Of a stretch of DNA of 64,000 bases, positions 58,683-64,000 are shown piece after piece. The notes beneath the pieces were generated by a model. It did no database searches. It was given only the letters and a program-made list of their open reading frames with translations, and was not told where the DNA came from. The DNA comes from Acutalibacteraceae bacterium (GTDB lineage Bacteria > Bacillota > Clostridia > Oscillospirales > Acutalibacteraceae), in assembly GCA_045642465.1 (NCBI GenBank), contig JAZUIY010000017.1, positions 9,165 to 73,164 on the forward strand. Direction: 5' to 3'. Each line of letters starts with the position of its first letter. Within the stretch, counting starts at the first letter, position 1. Made by a program: the position numbers and the translations under genes.

Positions 58683-59018
58683 TTAGAAAGAACGCTTTTG
58701 CAGTTCTTTGTTCAGACGGTCAACATCCCGTCTGGCAACTTCTGCTTCCATTTTATAACGGGCAGAATCTTCCAAATATTCTTTGATTTGACCACGAAGA
58801 TTGTCAGCGGCTTCATTAGCCTTTTTGGCGGAATCTGCGTAATCTAAAGCAGCAAGGATTGCAGCCTGAGTCATAGAGAGACGGCTGTTCCCGGAAAGAA
58901 TCTTGCTTAAGGTGTCGTCCAATTCGTCACCCAAAGCTTGTACATATTTTGGATCTTCATCAGTGTTGATAACGTAGTCGTTTCCACCAATGTTCAGTTT
59001 CACTTTTTGCTTTTCCAT
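58683..59018 (-). CDS. zapA: cell division protein ZapA
   Basis: 111 aa. N-terminal V.I.G..Y pattern and C-terminal coiled coil. Confidence 0.85.
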   Translation of the reverse strand: MEKQKVKLNIGGNDYVINTDEDPKYVQALGDELDDTLSKILSGNSRLSMTQAAILAALDYADSAKKANEAADNLRGQIKEYLEDSARYKMEAEVARRDVDRLNKELQKRSF

Positions 59019-59107
59019 TGCTACACCTCAAAGTCAAAATTTTACAGATAAAGTATATCATAGCCGTGGTATAATATCTAGGAATCAAACGAAAAAGGAG
59101 TTCCTTT

Positions 59108-59797
59108 ATGAAAAAGAAAATTGGATTCATCTTTGCAGACGATTTAGAATTTAAACCTTTTGCTGCCTACGCATTGAACAACGGCGGAAAACAGTTGGCA
59201 ACCCAGCCACAGAATGTGGTTTCCATTGAAACCGACAATGCCATCATCTACGCCATGGAAGGTGGTGTTGGTAAAGTATATGCTGCTATTTCTGCCATGA
59301 TTCTCATTAAAGAATATGGCGTTGAATATTTGATGAGTGCCGGTTTGTCCGGTGCCATCAGCCACGTGAAAAAAGGAGATGTCATTGCCGGTACCTCTTA
59401 CATGGAATGCGACTTTGACATGAGCCCAATCGGTTACACCAAAGGCCATAAAGTAGATGGCTGGTACAAACTGTCTGCCAGTGAAGAACTGCTGACTGCC
59501 GCACTGAAAATCCCTGGCATGAAGCAGGGGGAACTGGGCAGCGGTGACTTCTTCCTCACTGACCCGGAAACCAAGGCTGCCTTCAAAGAAGCTTTTGGCA
59601 TTTCCGCTTTTGATATGGAATCCGGTGCTATGGCCTGTGCCTGTGCTAAATTCGATATTCCATACCTGTCCGTCCGCAAAATTTCCGATGACGCAGACGA
59701 GGACGAAGATGTAGGTGCATCCTACCGCGCCCTCAATGAACTCCAGGAGCAGGCACTGACCGACATCTTAATGGAAATTGTAGAAAACTTAGCTTGA
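59108..59797 (+). CDS. mtnN: MTA/SAH nucleosidase family (PNP_UDP_1) protein
   Basis: Aligns by eye to E. coli MtnN: GVGKV, FDMESGA (catalytic Glu) and RKISDDAD (catalytic Asp). The N-terminal acidic motif is divergent (ADDLE). Confidence 0.75.
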   Translation: MKKKIGFIFADDLEFKPFAAYALNNGGKQLATQPQNVVSIETDNAIIYAMEGGVGKVYAAISAMILIKEYGVEYLMSAGLSGAISHVKKGDVIAGTSYMECDFDMSPIGYTKGHKVDGWYKLSASEELLTAALKIPGMKQGELGSGDFFLTDPETKAAFKEAFGISAFDMESGAMACACAKFDIPYLSVRKISDDADEDEDVGASYRALNELQEQALTDILMEIVENLA

Positions 59798-59831
59798 GTT
59801 TCCAGAAATTTTCTGAATTTAAAAACAGTAG

Positions 59832-59871
59832 AAAAGCCTTTCCAACCCAGCGGTTGGAAAGGCCTTTTTTA
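59832..59871. terminator. bidirectional intrinsic terminator
   Basis: 11-bp stem GCCTTTCCAAC/GTTGGAAAGGC (59836-59846 / 59853-59863) followed by a T-run that overlaps the GH13 stop codon. Confidence 0.75.
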
Positions 59872-61785
59872 TTTTTCACATTTGTATTTGATCCAAGTAC
59901 CCCGTCCAAGAATGGCTGCGGAACGGGCAGGCATGGTAACTGCATTCCCGTTCTTTTCCCAAACATTGCACACTTCAGTGGTGTTGGATAATGCCTCCGG
60001 AAGGTGATAGGTAATTGGGTGAGGATTGTTATTTGCAATGACCACCAGTGCATCGCCCTCGGGGGTTAGGTCCGGATGGTCTTCGTCAATGCGGGCGTAA
60101 CAAACGCAGCCCAAAGCACCGGAAACAGGAACGAATTGTCCCTCTTTCAAAACCGGGCAGATTTGACGGAGTCGGCCCAGGCATACATACCAGGAGTGCA
60201 AGTCCATGCGGATGTTGTCCCATGGGAAACCGGCACGGTTGAAGGGGTCTTTGTATCCTTCCATCCCTGCTTCGTCACCGTAGTAAACGGAAGGGATGCC
60301 CGGTAAGGTGTATTGCAAAATGGCGGCCAGCATTTCCTGCTGAATGCCAATTTCGTAGGTTTCTGGGGTGAGGGAGTGACAGGATTGCCATTCCCGGTCT
60401 TTATATTCACAACTTTCGCCCACCAGACGGGTTAAAATCCGTTCGGTGTCGTGGGTGCCCAGTAAGTTCATTAAAACGTCTACTACCGGCTTCGGATAAT
60501 TTTCCGTAACCGTAAGAATCTGTTCCATGAAACTTTCGGCATCGTTGTGGCGGAGGAATTGGAGAATGGCGTTGGCGAAAGGATAATTCATAACGCTGTC
60601 CAGTTCGTCTCCCAACAGGTATTGCCGGCGTTCACTGTAGGCAATTTTGTTAGAGGCATCTTCCCAAACTTCCCCCATGACAATGGCGTCCGGTTTGACG
60701 GACTTGGCCCGGGTGTGAATCTTCCGGATGAAGTCGTCCGGAAGCTCGTCGGCCACGTCTAAGCGCCAACCGTCGGCTCCCAGGCGGAGCCATTTGGCAA
60801 TGATGCCGTTTTCGCCGGTAATGTATTCCACATAGTCCGGGTTGGTCTCGTTGACGTCCGGCAAGGTACGGAAACCCCACCAGGATTCATAGGTGTCAGG
60901 CCATTCCCCAAACCGGTACCAGTCGAAATACGGGGATTCTTTGCTGTTATAAGCACCCAGGGTAGGGTAGCGGCTTTTCTTGTTGAAATAAATGCTGTCA
61001 TCTCCGGTGTGGTTGAATACACCGTCTAAGATGATTTTGATATCCAATTCATGAGCGGCCTTACAAAGAGAAACAAAGTCTTGTTCTGTCCCCAGTAACG
61101 GGTCAATCTTTTCGTAATTGGCCGTGTTGTAGCGGTGGTTGGAGTGGGCTTCAAAAATTGGGTTTAAGTAAATGATGCTGACACCCATGTTTTTTAAGTA
61201 AGGCAGTTTTTCTTGGATGCCGGCTAAATCGCCCCCAAGGTAGTCTTGGTTTAATACTTCTCCGTTTTCGTTGGGCCTCCACTTTGGCTGGCTGTCCCAA
61301 GAAACCAATTCCCGGTCCTTGGGTACGCCGGTTTTCTTTTTCCCACTGTTTGAAAAACGGTCTGGGAAAATCTGGTAAATAGTGGCACCTTTTAAAGATT
61401 TTGGAGTGTCAAAGCCCTTTTCGTAAACCGTCAGCTGCCAGTCGGAGGCGTCACTGTTTAAAACGCCGTTTCCGAAGGAACCGCGGTAAATGTACTGGGT
61501 TGAGAACGGACCGTCGTATTCAAAATGATACCAGTAAAGCCCTTTTTCTGCTGCAGTGTAGTGGCATTCCCACCAGCGGAAGTCGCCGTCGTATTGGTCT
61601 GTGCCAAGCAGTTCAACCCGCTGCTCCTCACCGGTAAATTCATCCCGGATAATCATACGGGCGCTGTAACACACAGCGCCTGTAAAGAAAGGAAGGAGCA
61701 GGCGGAACGTCAGGGTTTCCCCGCATTCCACCGCGCCATATTTACTTTTGTAGTTCTTATCACGAGAGTTGAATAACTGTGGCAT
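59869..61785 (-). CDS. GH13 alpha-glucosidase/neopullulanase-type enzyme
   Basis: Conserved regions I-IV: DGVFNHTG, GWRLDVADE, MGEVWE, LLGTHDTER. Confidence 0.88.
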   Translation of the reverse strand: MPQLFNSRDKNYKSKYGAVECGETLTFRLLLPFFTGAVCYSARMIIRDEFTGEEQRVELLGTDQYDGDFRWWECHYTAAEKGLYWYHFEYDGPFSTQYIYRGSFGNGVLNSDASDWQLTVYEKGFDTPKSLKGATIYQIFPDRFSNSGKKKTGVPKDRELVSWDSQPKWRPNENGEVLNQDYLGGDLAGIQEKLPYLKNMGVSIIYLNPIFEAHSNHRYNTANYEKIDPLLGTEQDFVSLCKAAHELDIKIILDGVFNHTGDDSIYFNKKSRYPTLGAYNSKESPYFDWYRFGEWPDTYESWWGFRTLPDVNETNPDYVEYITGENGIIAKWLRLGADGWRLDVADELPDDFIRKIHTRAKSVKPDAIVMGEVWEDASNKIAYSERRQYLLGDELDSVMNYPFANAILQFLRHNDAESFMEQILTVTENYPKPVVDVLMNLLGTHDTERILTRLVGESCEYKDREWQSCHSLTPETYEIGIQQEMLAAILQYTLPGIPSVYYGDEAGMEGYKDPFNRAGFPWDNIRMDLHSWYVCLGRLRQICPVLKEGQFVPVSGALGCVCYARIDEDHPDLTPEGDALVVIANNNPHPITYHLPEALSNTTEVCNVWEKNGNAVTMPARSAAILGRGTWIKYKCEK

Positions 61786-61798
61786 AGAACCTAACCTC

Positions 61799-64000
61799 TT
61801 ATTTGCTTTCGTCTACTGGGAGACAATGCCAAATGTTACGTGCATAGTCATTGATGGCGCGGTCTGCGGCAAAAATGCCTGCACCGGCAACATTCAAAAG
61901 GGACATTCTGTTCCAGGAGTCCTTGTCCTTATAAGCTTCGTAAAGGTCTTGACGAACCTTGTGGTAATCTGCAAAGTCGGCCAGTACCATGTATGGGTCG
62001 TTGTTAATCATGTTGCCGGCCAGTTCCGGGAACTGCTTGCCGTTTACGCCGGCGGCAATGAATTCAATGATTTTCTTTAAGTCATCGTTGGCCATGTAGT
62101 ACGTGCTGGCGTTATAGGAATACTGCAATGCAGCAACTTCTTCACTGGTCATACCGAAAATAAAGATATTTTCTGCACCAACGGAGTCGTAGATTTCCAC
62201 GTTGGCACCGTCCATGGTACCTAAGGTAACTGCACCGTTAATCATGAACTTCATGTTGGAAGTACCGGATGCTTCGGTGCCGGCCAGAGAAATCTGTTCT
62301 GAAATATCAGCGGCAGGAATTAATGCTTCTGCCATGCTGACATTGTAGTCTTCAATGTAAACCACTTTCATCTTCTGGTTTACATCCGGGTCATTGTTGA
62401 TGAGCTCCGTTAAGTTGCAGATTAAGGAGATAATCTGCTTTGCCATATAGTAACCGGAAGCGGCTTTTGCACCAAAAATGTAGGTTCTTGGGACAAAGTC
62501 CATGTCCGGATTTTCCTTTAAGGCCAAGTAGTTGGAAATGATTTCATAAACGTTCAAGTGTTGGCGCTTATATTCGTGAAGCCGCTTTACCTGTACATCA
62601 AATACGGTGTTCGGGTCAATTTCAATGCCCTGTTTTTCCTTGATGTACTTGGCAAATGCCTTCTTGTTTTCTAACTTGATTTCACCAAACTTGTTCAAAA
62701 CTTCTTTGTTGTCTGCGTAAGCACGGAGCTTTTCCAAATCAAAGGCGTCGTGAACAAACCCGTCTCCAATGAGGGAGGTAAGGTATTCGGTCAGTGCCGG
62801 GTTGGACTGGCAAAGCCAACGTCTGTGGGCAATGCCGTTGGTGACATTTTTGAATTTTCCCGGGTTCAATTTATAACTGTCAGAGAAAATGGTCTGCTTC
62901 AGGATTTCAGAATGCAGTGCGGATACCCCGTTGACACTATGGCTGGTGGCAACGCAAAGGTTTGCCATTCTGACAATGCCGTTGGAGACAATGGCCATAT
63001 CTTCTACGCGGCCGGCATCGTGGGATATATCCCAAATGTAGGCGCGGTAGCGGTTGTCGATTTCTTTGACAATTTCGTAAATGCGAGGCAGGAGGGACTT
63101 AAACAAGTCTTCCGGCCAGCATTCCAATGCTTCCTTCATGACAGTGTGGTTGGTGTAAGCAAAGGTCTGAGTGCAGATCTTCCAGGATTCATCCCAACCG
63201 TAACCGCAGTCATCTAAGAGAATACGCATGAGTTCTGGAATGGCCAATGTTGGATGGGTGTCATTGATATGAACGGCCATGGTTTCCGGAATGGAATTCA
63301 CGGCTTTATGATGACGGAGATGACGCTTCATAATATCCTGCATGGAAGCGGATACTAAGAAGTACTGCTGACGGAGACGGAGCATTTTCCCTTCCGGATG
63401 GTTGTCGGCAGGGTAGAGTACCTTGCAGATGGCTTCTGCCATGGCCTGTTTTTCTACTGCACGGATATAGTCGCCCTGGTTGAAGAGAGACATGTCAAAG
63501 CTTGGGGCTTTGGCCTTCCAGAGACGAAGCACTGCAACGCCGTTGCCGTCCTTGCCGGAAACGTACATGTCGTGTGGAACAGCGGTAACAGAAGTGCTGT
63601 CAACAATTTGGGAAGAATAATATTTCCCGTCCCAGCCGGCGTCTAAGTGTCCGCCGAAGCTGACGGTAACGGCTTCTTCCGGGTGTTCGTTGAGCCATAC
63701 TTCGCCGCCAGGGAGCCAGAAGTCCGGTAATTCGGTCTGCCAGCCATCAACAATCTTCTGTTTGAAGATACCGTATTCATAGAGAATGCCGTAGCCCATG
63801 GCGGAGTAACCACTGCTGGCCAGACCGTCTAAATAACAGGCTGCCAGGCGGCCCAAGCCACCGTTGCCAAGGCCGGCGTCCGGTTCGCATTCATAGAGCT
63901 TTTCTAATTTGACGCCCAAATCAGCACAGGCTTCTTTTACAACCTCTGTCATGTTCATGTTATAGAGATGGTTCTTTAAAGAACGTCCCATTAAGAATTC
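61799..64000 (-). CDS. glgP: glycogen/maltodextrin phosphorylase, N-terminus beyond window edge
   Basis: PLP site EASGTSNMKFMINGA. The frame stays open upstream of the track Met (EFLMGRSL matches the conserved EFL.GR motif), so the gene continues past 64000. Confidence 0.92.
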   Translation of the reverse strand, partial: EFLMGRSLKNHLYNMNMTEVVKEACADLGVKLEKLYECEPDAGLGNGGLGRLAACYLDGLASSGYSAMGYGILYEYGIFKQKIVDGWQTELPDFWLPGGEVWLNEHPEEAVTVSFGGHLDAGWDGKYYSSQIVDSTSVTAVPHDMYVSGKDGNGVAVLRLWKAKAPSFDMSLFNQGDYIRAVEKQAMAEAICKVLYPADNHPEGKMLRLRQQYFLVSASMQDIMKRHLRHHKAVNSIPETMAVHINDTHPTLAIPELMRILLDDCGYGWDESWKICTQTFAYTNHTVMKEALECWPEDLFKSLLPRIYEIVKEIDNRYRAYIWDISHDAGRVEDMAIVSNGIVRMANLCVATSHSVNGVSALHSEILKQTIFSDSYKLNPGKFKNVTNGIAHRRWLCQSNPALTEYLTSLIGDGFVHDAFDLEKLRAYADNKEVLNKFGEIKLENKKAFAKYIKEKQGIEIDPNTVFDVQVKRLHEYKRQHLNVYEIISNYLALKENPDMDFVPRTYIFGAKAASGYYMAKQIISLICNLTELINNDPDVNQKMKVVYIEDYNVSMAEALIPAADISEQISLAGTEASGTSNMKFMINGAVTLGTMDGANVEIYDSVGAENIFIFGMTSEEVAALQYSYNASTYYMANDDLKKIIEFIAAGVNGKQFPELAGNMINNDPYMVLADFADYHKVRQDLYEAYKDKDSWNRMSLLNVAGAGIFAADRAINDYARNIWHCLPVDESK

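Noticed and set aside
1-64000. CRISPR arrays, IS elements or transposases, integrases, phage or toxin-antitoxin modules, defence islands
   Set aside because: None recognised. Every ORF over about 100 aa that is not antisense to a confident gene has a housekeeping or metabolic assignment. I saw no regularly spaced direct repeats or terminal inverted repeats while reading the intergenic regions. A by-eye repeat search over 64 kb is not exhaustive.

Overview
Dense, mostly housekeeping chromosomal segment with Firmicutes/Clostridia-type synteny (rny-ymdB, asp23-yloV-recG, rqcH, nfnAB, pduL, GlnRS next to GluRS). GC looks mid-40s to about 50% by eye. I call about 55 protein genes, 2 tRNAs (Arg-ACG, Thr-CGU), 2 clear riboswitches (cobalamin on +, lysine on -), one unclassified structured-RNA candidate, and a set of intrinsic terminators and near-consensus promoters. 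I saw no CRISPR array, IS element, integrase or prophage. Protein calls rest on ORF translations and family motifs recalled from memory, because no database search was possible. The most interesting locus is a cobalamin-riboswitch-gated two-gene cassette at 11960-13928. It encodes a DUF4430 (transcobalamin-beta-like) lipoprotein and a secreted, C-terminally anchored alpha/alpha-toroid repeat protein, which together look like a split, surface-tethered transcobalamin-like B12 capture module with no transporter attached. Other points worth a second look:
- a roughly 400-nt ORF-free, highly self-complementary region between xylA and tRNA-Arg;
- a GH3/NagZ-like lipoprotein whose catalytic residues appear substituted;
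- a low-GC crcB next to tRNA-Arg with no fluoride riboswitch;
- a lysine riboswitch controlling an NhaC-family transporter;
- an unusual pduL-alaX-ybaK operon convergent with gltX-glnS-metA.
The many long antisense ORFs in the track are treated as compositional artefacts.
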